From Ylistrum balloti (lineage: Eukaryota): DNA of 64,000 nucleotides. The notes below the pieces were generated by a model, which worked only from the letters and a program-made list of their open reading frames with translations, was not told where the DNA came from and searched no databases. Below, piece by piece: positions 1 through 15,300 of this stretch. The translations under genes and the position numbers were made by a program. The stretch is taken from assembly GCF_031769215.1 (NCBI RefSeq), contig NW_026781917.1, positions 2,294,001-2,358,000 on the forward strand, in the 5' to 3' direction. Numbering within the stretch: the stretch's first letter is position 1; each line of letters begins with the position of its first letter.

Positions 1-193
1 TTTATTATTAAAATTGTATCAAGGGTCTTAGTTAGTTGAAAACTAGAATAGTTAACTCGGTTTTTTAACCGGAATGTAGACTAAATTTACATAGATATTC
101 AATGTAGAAATAAACAACACACTGTAGGTCTTTGCTATTCTTGAATCTTGTTAATTTCTGTACAGGAATGTTTGAAATCCAATCAACGTTAAA

Positions 194-391
194 ATGCCAG
201 GGGATTCAAGGAAAGAATACCTGTTGGCAACAACAGCCAACTATTTTGGTGTGCCACCCACAGATGGCGTCATCACAACTCTTGGGGATACTCCTTCAAT
301 GAATAGTTTCCTAGATGATGGAAACGTTCCAGTATTGGTGGCACGACCAGATGCTCGTACCAGTGGGAGACGTCTGCTTCTTTCAAACAAG
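194..391 (+). CDS. DYNC2H1: DYNC2H1 coding exon 1
   Basis: AAAATG start, [19 protein letters not shown]...LSNK, donor GTGATT. Confidence 0.92.
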
Positions 392-3300
392 GTGATTAGT
401 TTTGGACATGCAAATTGTTAAGGCTTTCTACATGTGTATAACACATTTCAGTCCTATACTTGTTTTCTTTTAACCTGAGTTTCTCCTGTCTTAAGCACTA
501 GTAAGTTCTTTTATTGAAATGGTGAAAATATTTTGATCATGCCAGATATCCACAGTACATGAATTTGTCAAATTGTTTTGAAGTTGGGATGGGGCCAGAA
601 AAAGCTTGAATAGCTATTTGTAATTATTAAGTTTAAAAACCATCAGTGTTAAGAGTGATCTTTCTTCTCATATTTGTTCTTCAAAATTAATGAACTTTTG
701 TTTTGTTGTGTAGTGTCTGTCAGGTGATTATTTAGGTTCAAAAGGTAAAAAGCAGACATAGAGCAGCTTATTACTCCTTTAGTGTTGTTCTCTATGGTAA
801 TCCTTGATTTATTTCACAGGTGATATTGCTACCATATAATCTACTTTGTCAACTGGCCATAGATCTTACAAAGAAGGAGTTGGTTGATAAATGCCTTTTT
901 ATTTTTCAGATTGAACCCAATGATCAGAAAGAAAAGGTGATAGTTTTCTTTAAAATCCGTCCTGATGTGATTACGCCCGATGACCTACATACAAACATCA
1001 TTGTGTCTACAATGGTAGACTCCCCACTCAGCACTCTCTACCATGCTGTCCAGAAGGTTTACGCTCCTCTTCTTCTTGAAGATGGTAAATGGAGTCGCAA
1101 TCTTGACCCGAAACTGCAGAGCTTGATAAGCGAGCTGGAGGCAGGACTGGGGAGTGCTATCAGGAAGCAAGATGCTTCCTTCAGTGGCAAATCAAAGGAT
1201 GGTGACAACTTGGGATGTAAGTAGACTATATCTTGTTATAAGTCCATTGAGCCCACACGTTATCTAAACGGGGCTTATGTTGGTCTTAGTTGCAAATAAG
1301 TTAGTATGTCTCTTTGAGTGAATGAGGTGCATTATCTATAAACAGCTATGATGTTGATACTGCTGTACCGCTGACATCCCACATTGAGTATTTTAACTTC
1401 AAGTACAGAACATTTTCAGGATGGATGCTCAGTCACTGCATGTCCAGCTCATCTATAGTAAACAACCATGTTTTCCATTTTATTGATATTCAGAAATTCT
1501 GATTCATCAAAAATGTAACACAGAATTTTTTGATTGGACAATCAGTTGTTTATAATAAAGGACTATATAACCAAAATTTACTATCTTCTTTGCATGTGTA
1601 TGAAAATTTTGTGTATCAATAAAAAAATGTTTATTTTGAATTTGCAGCTATCCTGAGTCCTTCGGATGAGTTTCAGTACTGGGCAGATCAGGCTAGAAGT
1701 AGTGAACGGGCAGCTAACTTTGTAGACTTGTTCAAGCCAATTTCTAAAGAGTTTGGGGGATTAGATGCCATGGGACTCCAGGATGTAATGGAACTGGTAG
1801 AAATCACACAAGATACACTGGATGAAGTTTGGAAAGGAGAAGACAGAAACCCATACCCAGAGGATAGAATGAAACATCTTATGGACATCATAGGTTTGTT
1901 TAATTCTAACAAAATCAAACCTTGATTTGTAACTCTGTCTGTAGTTTTAGCACATTTTACACTGTTGTTAAATCTACTGGAAAGTTAATACTGTTCAATA
2001 GAGTTCAATAATTGAGTCTATAGTAAGACATATTTCAAAACAAGAATTCTTTTCAGACATTTCATCTCTTATCATGGATAGTCATAATGGCTAACACAGT
2101 TTTGAAGTCAATATTCTTAATTTCAGAAATGGAATAAATATTTTTAATGTTTATAGGTTGTGAAGATTTCTTGACTCCAGGGAAACAAGGACTTTCTTTG
2201 TGTATCATGATATGCAACATTAACTAATTCAGGGTAATCTAGAGTTAGAGTATCTGTATCCTGAACCATATTTTGTTTTGTACATCAGGAGGTTCCCTGG
2301 GGCGGTATGTCCAGAGAAAGCTGGCAGAAGAAGACCTTTGGCAGGGTGATTACGGACAAGTCAAGGAATCTCTAAGGTCAGGTGTAGCCATTTGTGAACG
2401 CTTTGTTGGAGTGTGTGAAACCTTGACCACTCAATTCTGGAAGAACTTTCGTCCAAATCCCTGGAAAGGAGAACGATTCACACCTGAGAACCTTAAAAAG
2501 CTGGCACAGAGATTAGAAGAGGTTTGTTGTAATAATTTTGATTTACAGCTATTGTCATCTAAATTTATTTTTTTTAAAGAATTACTTTAAAATTAAGAAA
2601 TAAAAAAGGATGAGTTCCAACTCCTGCAGTCAGGTAGCCATTAGTATCATGCATTATTCTACTTTTTGAAATAGCTGAATGGACGAAAATTACTAAATGG
2701 TTACTAACTTCAAAGGTTTAATGATGTAAAAACATATTTCTTTTGTTCTGTTGATCCTGAGTCATTGTAGTTAGGAAGATTAGTGTCGTTTGTTATATTT
2801 GCTTAGAAATTATGCTAACTGATTTTAATTTGCTAAGAAAGGGTTTTCTGTAAATATAAATAACAAAAGTAGAAATCCTTTAAAAATGTGAATTTGAGGT
2901 TTAAGTGATACATTTAACTGTCATCTGCTGTAACACATAATTACGCACTCCTTCAAACTTCTGTAAACAGATTTTGACACTGAGGATTGTCCATGAACAG
3001 CAAGTACAGTTGTTGAGCTCCCAGGAGCAGAAAGAACTTCGTACGACTGATGCCTTCTCCCCGTTCGTAGGCTTGAACCCCCTTCAGTACAACCCCTACA
3101 CCATGCCACTCTGGAATGCTGCTGTTGCTCAATATGATAAAATCATGTCGCCTGTTGAACAGAAAATAGCAGGCAAACTGAGAAGCCAAGTAAAGGCTCT
3201 TGAAGGTTACCCACAACAGGTAGGAGAAATCACTTGTTTTTACTTGGTTATCTGTCACAATCAATTGAGAGAGGTGATATGTGAAAACCAAGAGTTCTTT

Positions 3301-6300
3301 CACATTTTGTGGTTCATTAGACAGAATTATTTCAGTTTATAAAGTCTGAAAGCATTTTGAATCTTGATCTTGCCATTGCAGTTGTTGAGAGAGTTTCAGC
3401 GGTACAAGGAACTCATCAAGAGACCGAATATCAACAAAGAAATGGTGTCAGAAAGGTGAGGGTTAAAAAATAGATTTTCTTGTTGAATTACACATATCAA
3501 TTTTCAATAACTTTCGTATTATGTTGGCAAAGTCCTGAATAATTGATTTATCAGTTTGAATGTAGTTCTCAAATTTGGTTTGGAAATTTATTCCAGATAT
3601 GTACAATTGATGATACAGGTTATAACAAATGTTATTTCAAATTTGCCCCAAGAACAGTCTTGTGAGCTGTGTGTTTGAATTATCTCCCTTGCATATATAT
3701 ATTGAGGAATCACCAATAACATTTGAGCTAACTTATTCATTGAGTCAGTTTCCATAGCTAGTAATACATACCTGTGCATCTTGTTTGAAAAAAGAAGTAA
3801 TTTTTGAAGTTAATATATACCCTATATCCCAAAATATCTATAAACATGTACTTGTGAATTGTAGAGAGACACTGCTGGGCCAACTGAATGTCAATGTTAA
3901 AGAGGTGGAGAATGATTTCCAGAAACGTACTGGACAACGGCCGGGAGGCAAAGGAGTTCCTAAGGGCAAGAATTTGCCAGAGATTGTTAACAACATGGTA
4001 TTTGTTAGGCAACTTGAGGCACGGGTAAGTCAAACAAAGGAGAGGTAGGGAATTTCGGTAGAAAATTGGAAAAAAGGAGCAATGGAGGAAAAGGAGATTC
4101 AATGGATAGGAGTTATCAGAAATTGTCTACAATGGGGCACAAAACTAGGGAGATTAAGTTAACATCACATATTAAAAAAGTGATCCAATTTGAGTGTCGT
4201 AGATGTTGTGAGATTTTTTATATGTGCATGCAAGATAAGAAAAGGAGACACTTTGTTAGATTTTTAAACATTACATTGTACATATATATGTAAGGGATGT
4301 AAACTGTATGTGTTTTCTTGGTTAAAAGATACAAGACTTTCCTAATGGACAGAGGATGAAAAATCTACAGAGCAAAGTTTTGTTGATATTGTACATTGTA
4401 TACCTTACTTTGCTTACGCCTGAACATCCATATAGAAAATCCGTATCACTGTCCATTAACTAATTTCCTTGACGATGGCTTAACTACCATCAAATGTAAT
4501 TACCAAGTTCATCATTTTTCTCATTTCTTTTTTTTTTATGTGAGTGATTTTATAGGATAAATAAAGTTTATTTTCTGTTTGCTCACAGCTTTTGTTCTTA
4601 TGATTTATCTACATCCAGTAAAATAAAGTATAAATATTCTGACAGTATGATGCTACATTTGAAATCTACTTCAAGGACTTTAACTTTACATTCATCCAGG
4701 TTGAAGAAACCATTAAGACAGCTGAGACCTTACTTGGAGATCTCTCTGGGTTTAAGAAGTTCAGGAAGGATGCACAGGAGCTTCAGGACGAGTTACTGAA
4801 CTGGCGAACAGAGACTTATGATGACTGGACACGTGATATGCTTGACCGCATCAATGACACCAGGGAACCACTCAGGTAGTCAGGTTTTATTTGTCTGTGT
4901 CTCATACTTGCTCAACTGTCTCAACAGTCAAATTAAAAAAAAAAGATTTTTTTGAATTATTCAGCAACTTAAATGACTACCATAGCAATGTAGTGAAGGC
5001 ATTAATTGAAAGTGAAAACAGGGATTTAGTGACAAATTTTCAATTATGTTTCATATAAGTCTTTAATTTATTATTATCTAGTCCAATATCAGAAATGTAA
5101 AAGCCTTGCTGCAAGTGTATATCCCCCGATCTATGTCTATATCCATTAAAATTTTTCTGAAAGTCAGAAATTCTTCAAATTTCATATTACGATATTGTTA
5201 AGTGATACATTTGTCGAAGCTCATTTTTCTTGGTTTTACAAAGAAATATTATTTTGTTGATACTTAATTTTATGCCATACAGCTCAATATATAGATGAAA
5301 AATTTACTTATGCTAATTTCAATATTTTGTGTATATATGAATTCTTGGATTACACATACTCTTGAGGTCCATGAAAATTAATTACTTTAATGCAGTATAG
5401 ACAATGTTCAATACAGGCCCAAGAAGTTCATAAATTGAGGTCATTTTCTATAAACAGACAGAATAAGATACTCTCAAGCATGGTGGATATACTTCTTAGT
5501 ACAGGTACATCTCTGTGTAGACTTGATGTTATTTAAACTTAAACTAAAATTGAGTGATAGACCACAGACAAATTCTGATTATATTTGATATTTATGTTTT
5601 AAGCTTGGAAACTAATGGCCGTCTCATGGAATTGAACCACAACACTGGTAAACTGAGAGTAAACTATGGCGACCGCCTGGTGACCTTGATGAGAGAGGTC
5701 AGACAACTTGGCTCCATGGGATTTGTTATTCCTGCCAAGATCATGCATGTATCGAACACGGCACAGAAGTTTTACAGGCATGGTGTTGTACTCAAACAGG
5801 TAAGATATAGAACGTGGAGCACAATTCTTTAACACTTATAAAGAAATAAGATTTACCCCAGCAAGTTAATATTAATGCCTGCTTGTCATGATTATAATAC
5901 AATCATTATTTTATAAACCAGATATGAAATATCAATTTTTGTTCCAGTTCAATGCGAATGTATTTTATGCTTGAATTTTTTTCTCCGTTATTTTCTACAT
6001 GTGTTTTTTTAAAATAAAGTAGAACATTTCTTCCTTTGAATGTGAAGAGATTCTTGCAGGGCTAAGATAAAAAAAGTTCTCCGATTGCTAGATGATTATT
6101 GATGTTATTGCTTTGCATCCAAAATGTTAATCTTAATGATTATAACCTAATCAACAGGTGGCCCATTTCTACAATACCATCGACCAACAGATGATAACAA
6201 GCCAACAGGCTATGATGTTGAACTCTGCCCTCGCATTCGAGAAACTTGTCAAAAACCCAAAGTCTGGTAAGTTACAAGTTAGATGAAAGATCTTTTATAA

Positions 6301-9300
6301 GTATTTCATATTGAAGAAAGATGTACTGATAAATTCAATATGATTAAACTATCAAGATGGATTTGCATAAGTAAACAAATTAAAGGGAGATAATTGTTAA
6401 AGTATCATGAATGTATTATAAATTGTGTATTAACTTTTATCAAGGAGATGGAAAAAGATAAAATATGAGAGTGATGGAGATCACAGATAGGTGCTACCTT
6501 TTTCCTTTATTCTGTATGTTTTTTGATGGGGAGGAAAGGTAGATGGGAAAACACTGATTTAGATATTGAAAGAAGTGAGACTTGAATTAACAATAGTATT
6601 ATTTTTATCTAGGGAGTAAATCTAAGGGAGAGAATGTGGAGATCACCTGGGACAATCCAGATGAGCTTGACCATTACATCAAGAAGCTGCAAAAGGCAGC
6701 TGAGAGGCTGACCACTGAGAATCGTCGACTGAGGAAATCTCACAACACTGTCTGTGATAAGGTAGAGATGTGTATTTGTAGAATTATTATTACAGAAGAC
6801 TAAAACTGTACACTGCTGGGAGTATTGTTATAACTACAGATATAGATCTGAACAGAAGATCTGATATGAGTGTCGACTTACATTTATGAGTTAAATATTT
6901 TGACATGTTTGTAAGATTCCATGTAATATAGACAGGTTTCAATTTAACATTATACTTTTCAGTCTGTAGACAAGTATTTAATATCATTTTATAATGATTT
7001 CACAAGGAGTTTGTTTGATTATATCATACAGTTACCTGGTATTGGGTTTTAGTAATTATAAGTATGATATATCAGAACTCAATAAATTTGATAGCTAAGT
7101 GTTTCTTACATCATCTCTCATCATACAATGTTAATTTACTTGTTTTGCGAACAGTTCTGAGCCTGTTGGCTATGTTCAGTCAATTAGTCTATTACTGCCT
7201 TACCTACCACATACAAAATAATATTACAATTTATTTTGTCTGGGGAGATAATAATATTTAAAGTGTAACGCCACCAATTAACTGAAAAGTTTTACCAAAC
7301 ATATCCTGCATGCATATTCTCTTCACGTTGCTTGAATCTGATATCTGATACATACAAAATAATCCTTTGCTACAACATTCAAAACTGAGAGGAATCTTTT
7401 GTGTTTTCTGTGTTTGTATTTATTGCCTGTATAAAATTCTTTCCAGTAGTGCATTATATGTTTGTCCTTTATTATAATAATGCTTGCACCTAATTGCTGT
7501 GAACTTTACATAGGACAAACAGGAAGTGAACTTTTAGAAACAATTTTAGTCTACATATGCTTACATATTTGGATGATACACAATGTCTTTTAGAGACTAA
7601 ATTATTTGATAACATCTACATGTATATCAATTTAAAACTGAACTTTTTGCGACACAGACCCAACAGCTGATGGGCATTGACTTGCTGAGACAACAACAGA
7701 AATGGAAAGATGGACTGATGGACATTCGCCATCTCATGGCCAGTCTTGTCCAACAGGTAAGACAAAAAAACCAGGAGGAGTATAATCACACACCTCTTAC
7801 TTATTGTCTTGATTGTACTAGAAACTACATCTCTTTAGTTAGAGGTCACTGATACTATATAATGTAAAAAAAAAAAATTGTGAATCTTCATTTAAGTGTT
7901 AAGATTTGTCTTGCCAGGTTATTTGGCTTTAATTTCTAGCCCTGTTTATTTGGTAATTAGCTCACCCACATCTTTTACAGGTCCACTAGAACTGCAACCA
8001 AAATGTAATTGTTATGTTATAAACCCATATCCTTAATATCAAAAATAGCCTAGTATGGCTCAGCTCCCTGGCTTAATGGAATTTAATTTTGTGTACAGGG
8101 CTTTTCTTCGGACAATATGAAGCCATGGAAGGCTCACTGGGACAGACAGCTGTACAAGGCACTGGAACACCAATACCAAATGGGACTTGAGGCCTTGAAC
8201 GAAAACCTACCTGAGATCAAGGTTGAGCTGACTTTTAGACAACAGCAGCTGCAGTTCCGTCCGCCCTTTGAGGAGATCAAGGCCAAATATTTCCGTGAGA
8301 TGAAGCGTTTCATCAGCATCCCTAACCACTTCAAGGGCGTAGGGGACGAGGCTACAAACCTCATATTCCCCGCGATCATCGATCGCAATGCTGAAGGCTT
8401 CATAACATGCTACAGGAAAGCAGACGTCTTGTTTAAACGTCTGTATGCTGCTCAGGAACAATTCAAGGTACTTACATGTACCCGGTAGTATTGATTTGAT
8501 AGTAAATCACCTGTAGTAAACTACTAGATGGATGATTTGGTTTTGTAAATTAAGGTTACAATATTTTATCATGGATAAGAGTGCCATTCATTTAATGGCC
8601 CATAGGAGTCATGTGGGGATTCTTGATAAGGCTGGTGTTGGCCTGCTAGAGAATATTTTTGATAAACAGTTTTTGGTTTAAACAGTGTTGGTTTTAAACA
8701 GAGTGTACCATATATGTAACCATAGATCTTAAACATATAGAGATTTAAGTAAGTTTAATTATTTTCTCACTATCATAATCCTTGCTGTTTTTTTTTTCAT
8801 TCTCCACTTGTTTGAACATATGTTGTGTTTTGTCTGTTATTGAATCTTTGTTAGTTTTCAACCTATTTCTGATCTTTTTGATAGCATGTTGTGTTTTTTT
8901 TCTAATAGGAATGGGTGGTCCTAGGGGCTATAGACCTTGATCAGTTTGTGGAGGATAATCTAAAGGAGCTTTCAGACTGGGAGAGAAACTTCAAGGGACT
9001 CAAGGCACGAGGCAGGGATGCAGAAAAACTGCCAAAGTAAGTAAACTTTCTGAAAGACAACAGAGTTGATGTGCTTCATTAGTAAAGTATATGATTGTAT
9101 TTTCCCTGTCAACAAGATCAGATTCCAATTGTTTTTTGTGACACGGTTGAAATGGTCCAGGTGACATTGATTTATATATCCATTTGTATATGGAAGGATA
9201 TATCGAGACTTCAAAGTGAAAAAATGTTTGTAATGAATAATCTTTATTGTATTGCTACAAATATGGGTGTACAACACTTTTTTCATACAGAAATTCTGAA

Positions 9301-12300
9301 AACAAATGATATACATCTGTTAGTTTCAAACAGACTTAGCAAACCCCTCAACCACAAGTACTGAGTATTCCACTAGTCTATTTCAGTCCTAATCTGTACA
9401 GTCATTTTGCCTTCAAATGCAGGCGATTTCAGAGTGGGAATTAATTTCAAATATTATTTTACTCTTTCACTGTTGGGGAACAATTAGATTCAAGTCATGT
9501 TGTTTAACCTTCTGTTGTTTAGGAATGAAAATTTGAATCAATATTAATTCAACATTTGCACATGTTTACAGTCAGTTGAAGATTGACTGTCTGACCGTCA
9601 ACACAACTCCAGTGAAAGCAGTCATTGATGACCACATACAGCGACTGTTCGATGCCCTCGTCAACTCCCTACGAAAAGCTATTAACAGTGACGTGACCAC
9701 CATCGACACCTTCCTCAAAGGTGCCATGGAAACGCTGTCCAACAGACCACAGACAGTGGAGGAGATAGGTGTCGCTAATGCAAAGCACGCTGAATTCGCC
9801 AAAGAGCGAAAAGAGGTATGGTCAATATTTGCTTACATAATTGTTTCTGAAGTTGTTATTGGTTACAGTAAAGACTGTTGTTTTTAAACAGTTCTATTTT
9901 TTGTTTAAACTGTAAAATAGATAACTGGAAAACAAAATTAGAAAAGAAAACAATAATTATTACAATAGTCTCTTGTAAAAAAAATACATTCCTTTCATAT
10001 CAAGGTTTTGGTAAAATCACAAAAGTTTTCCCCCTTTCCCTCCTAAAATATCACATTTACAATAATTTCATGACCTGTTGAATATTGTGTATTGAAATTA
10101 CAAATGTAATTTTCAATAACAAAATTAATCAAAATTGCAATAAATATTTTCAATTAGGTTCAGCCACTGTTTGAGCGTGCAGACTTGAAGAACAAACTGC
10201 TGCGGTCAGTGGCAGGAGGTGGTGTAGACTCCTTAAACCAGCTACAGGGATTCTGGGATAAGTTTGAACTTATGATGGAGAGTCACCAGCTGATGGTCAA
10301 GGAGCAGGTCAGTGGTTATTGATCAGATTCTTATACTGTATTTAGCCTGCAATAAGCCTAGGGGACTGAAACACTTCTTGGTAATTTTACTCAACAGAAG
10401 TATATATAAGTGACCTTATTACAAGACATAGGCTTATTGTCCAAGAGATACAGTAATAAAAATGGATGATGTTTTTGGTAACTGGATAATTATACTGACA
10501 TAATGATTGTTTAGCTGTTCACATAACTTACACGGCTAAGCGTCCAGTTAGACATATTCTTAGACTAATGGGTAAACAAATGGTTGGGTTTTTTTCAGTT
10601 GATTAAAACAAAAAAGAAAAAAATGTTTTGCACTCCAAAATTATTATTTTCAATTCATTATTTTTTTTACTTACCTGGTAAATCTGTTTTATACCTGTGT
10701 TGATGAAAATGATACCCTTTTGTTAAAATTTTGTCAAAATTTTCAAGGTGGATGTGATGAAGAGCAATGTAGACTCGCGTGTAAAGGCCTTCACACAGGA
10801 GGTGGAGAAGTTTGCTGCCAGATGGCACCAGCTGAAACCAGGAGATGATGCTCTAGATGGGAACCAGAAGAAATGTGAAGCTGCTATGCAGATCATCAAA
10901 GACAAGCGAGAAGAGTTTGCTGAACTGGAGAAAAATAGGCAGTCTCTAGTGTAAATACTTTTTTTTGTTATCTGCTAATTAGTCTACAGTTGAACTTGCT
11001 GGAAAGTTTTTAGAGAGAGTTCCTTTTTTAAACACATTTTTCTGGACAGCTGAGCTGGATAATTCTGAACATTTTCTTCAGGTTGATATTAGCTGTAGAA
11101 TAAAAGTGGTTGTGGTATAAGCAGTTTTATTCTAGCTGAAATAGATGGTAGACATTTTGGTTAGATTTAGTGTTTGTCTACATTTTTGTCAAGGCAAACA
11201 ATATCAAAGTCAAGGTTGGGCAGTCATTTGCAGTGTTTTCTTTAATTTTGCTTGTTTATAATGTATGTGTGTAGCAATTTGTAGACGACAGAAACTCTTG
11301 TACTTTTACTGGAAACTTTCTTATCTACCAAATAAAGTTTTAAAAGGCTTGTAAACTTTTTGCTTCAGTAATGACTGCGAACATTTTGGGATGGATCTGC
11401 CTGAGATGGAACTTGCAGATGAGCTCCGAGCTGACATGGCTCAATACGAGAGCATGTGGGGCTTGTATGAAGAGTTCAACAAGGGCTTACAAGAGCTTGC
11501 AAAGGAGGATTGGATCTCCTTCAGGTAAGCCTTTCTCATAGCTAAATATGTTGAACTTTTTAGATGTTATATTTTGCCTTCATGGATAAAATTTTCAGGT
11601 TTTTGTTGTATGTATTGAAATCTGTAATTAAATGTATTTATTGAAAAATTTTGTTGCTATGCCAACAGGAGTAGGACATACATGTTTGAAGAATTCCTCA
11701 GCAACTGGTATGAGAAGCTCAAATCTGATGAAGCAACAACGATGACTGTCAAGCTTCAGAAAGACATAGAAAAATACAAGGTATACTGTAATCTAGGTTA
11801 TTCAGATGCTTTTCTCCTGATTTAAATTATTGTCATAAAATGACACAGGATTTTAAAATCTTTCCATTTTTGTTGAAAGCAATCTTAATATTTTCTGCAT
11901 GCATAATGTTTTAAGCATTGATTGATATAAAGTTAGTGTAATAACACAGAAAGAAAGAAGTCACATTATTTCCCCAAAGTGAATACTTAAAAAGTGTCGG
12001 TGTTGTAATTTATACATATTTAAGTTATTATAACATTTGTTCTATTGTGTCATGAAATTGAGTTATGTGATAAATAGAATCTTACACTGTGAAATGCATG
12101 AAATAATCCTTAATGTCACTCATTGGAAGGCCTTTAACATATTAGGCTGTGAAGCTCATTAACAAATCTCTTATCATACTGCCACTCGTAAAAGATATGT
12201 ATATTCACATATGAACACCGAGAAAGATCAATGATAGACAAGCAGATATTCAATAGACCTTTGCATTGTATACAGTAAAAGAGAAAGAATTTTGCTTGTT

Positions 12301-15300
12301 ATCTCTGGTATCTTTACAGAATGTGTTGCCAGTTCTGAAGTGGGTCCGTGGTGAGCCTCTCTCCCAGGATCACTGGATGGAGCTTTTCCAGATGCTTGGA
12401 ATGCCCCGTGGTACAACGCTGGAAAAACTGAACTTTGGAACTGTCCTCGGGGCTAGTGATGCTATCATTGCAAATGCAGATGCTGTGAAGGTAGACAATG
12501 TTGTTGTATTTTTTAAAGATGATTTTTATTTTTTTCCGTAATATAACCTTTTTTTCATGTCTTGTTTTGATAATGGGCATATGGTGTTATCCAATTAGCA
12601 ATCAATTGATCGCATCCCTCCTGTCTTTATAAATGTTGTCTTAGTGTCTCAGTATACTAAAACATCTTAATATTATGTGGATTAAAAAAATCATCCCAAT
12701 ATCCAATAGGAAAATACTTTGGGTGCATCCATCTTTGTAGTTTCAAGGTCAATACTTAGCATATAATTTTGAATGAAGGATATCACTTGCTACAGATATT
12801 TATAGATTTTTATATCAACAGAGACAGTTAGTCACAGAAACAAGCATATTAAACACAATTGACATGTAACATTCATAATGAAATTATTTGATGTTTTTAG
12901 GAACTGAACCAGAGAGCCCAAGGGGAGGTAACTATAAGAGAGGCCATCCGTGAGCTTGACTTGTGGGGTGCTGGGGCTGTCTTCACCCTCACAGAGTATG
13001 AGGACAGCAATAAAAACAGCATGATGCTCATCAAAGACTGGAAGGATCTTGTGAACCAGGTAAATTATGATGTCAAGTGGTAAATAACTGAAGATTTATA
13101 GATAAGATTAGTGTATGAAATAACATATTAGGCCTACCCTAAGTTCAGGGGCTAATATTTGGAACTAAAATTTTTGTCTTTGCAAATGTTGATTATTTTT
13201 ATCTATACAAATTGTTTCCTTGTGTCAACAGGTAGGAGACAACCAGGCCCTGCTCCAGTCCCTGAAAGACTCCCCCTATTACAAGAGTTTTGAGGACAAA
13301 GCATCAGTATGGGAACAGCGTTTGGCTGACCTGGATGAATACCTACACAATCTTAACCAGATCCAGAGAAAGTGGGTCTACCTTGAGCCCATATTTGGGC
13401 GTGGAGCTCTCCCGAAGGAACAGGGACGCTTTAAGAGAGTGGATGATGACTTCAGGTGAGTGCTAATACAATAAGAACATCATTATGTATATTATTATCA
13501 TGTCAATGCATCAATTTTTTGTTTATTTGTCTTAGAGAATGAACTACCCTATTTGATATGTCATTATATCCATGGTTAACCCATGACAATTTGACCTGTC
13601 TAGAAAAGCAACATTGACAATGAGACATTTATATGATCTGCTTAATCATGATTAATGAAATCTAAAAAATATTTTCACATTTTCTTCTGATCGATTTTTT
13701 GTAACAGAAACATCATGATGGATGTAAGAAGAGATAATCGGGTTGTTTCAATGACCCAGAAAGCTGGTCTGCGCAATCTCCTTACCACTATGCTTGACCA
13801 GCTACAGAGATGCCAGAAGTCCCTCAACGAGTTCCTTGAGGTTCGTGACACTGCTATTAAATTTGTTTTTGTTTTTCAACAGAGATGACAAAACATGCAA
13901 TGATTTATACAAAGAAATTGGAGAAAATTTTTGCAAGAAGAAAACTTTCCTTGGGTCAGGTTAACAAGTTATTAACCATGTTATGGAAGCTAACTTAAAA
14001 AGAAGAAAATTACAGCTTATGATCGTTAGAGGAAAATTTTGACTCTTATCAAAAAGAGGAAAAATATGCAGTATTCATGTTTTTTTTAAGCAGTACTTGA
14101 GTGAAAAAAGTAAAAATGGATATTATGGCATTTCATATTTGTAATGTAATATTCAGAATTTTGTTAGTTTAAATTCAAGTTAGGCTATATTCTTAGTGAA
14201 GATATATGAATGGAACCTACAACCTGGACTCAGACTCTTTTCCATTATCAAAACTGTTATTCAGGTATGTTTGGAAATAAACTTGTAAACTTTTCTAGGC
14301 TCCTGAAAACAATAAAAACATCAAAAAAAAAAAAAAAAACCAAATGAACAAAAGAAAATGCTAATACAAAACAAACAAAAAAAGCTATTAGAAAAAAGTT
14401 ATTGAAGATTGATATAGGTTGACACTTATCATGTAAACTTGTATGATGTGGACATAAATGACTTTTTTTTTAGTTCCTGAAGTTCCTTCCTAATATTATA
14501 AATATGTATTTATTACTGGTGTTGATGGTTCAACTTTAATGTTTTAGACTTCAGTAAATTTACCTTTCACAATGTATTGTTTCAGGAAAAAAGATCCCTG
14601 TTTCCACGATTCTACTTCATTGGAGACGACGATCTTCTGGAAATCCTCGGCCAGTCAACAAATCCCAGTGTAATTCAGACACACTTGAAGAAGCTGTTTG
14701 CGGGGATCCACTCTGTGGATTTTGATGAAAACAGCCAACATATTCTGGCCATGAAGTCACTGGAGGGTGAAGTTGTGCCGTTGAAGAAGAAAGTCAAGAT
14801 AATGCCGGAAGTGGAAGTGAGGATCTAGTTTTAAGCTGTTTGTAGTGTTTGTCTTGATTCCGCAGTTATTTGTAGCGACCGTAAAGTCATATTATTTCCT
14901 GTTTGGAGAACAGAGACTTTTATCATACCCTTGGCAGTGGTTTGGGGTTTGATTCCTACTATGAGTGGTTTGTATTTCTCTGAAAGCTGACTTGAATGTG
15001 TCCTTAGGCATGACACTGTATCCTAGTTGCATGGGATAGCTCATAATGTGCCTCTCATATGATGTTCATTGAGAAAACCACCAGCAACTGCAAGGAGAAG
15101 GCCACCTGAAATTGAACCCAACTGTTGACAGAGCATTTGATTTTCAGTAAAGTTCGAACAGAACAAAAAAACCTGATCATTTCCGTGCTTAGGGAAGTTT
15201 TAAGTGACTATGACACTGAAGCTTTGCTCATGTGTAAAATGATTAGTTAATCTGTATTGAATCAATTGAATGTTAATCTTTTTTTGTTATTTACCTACAG

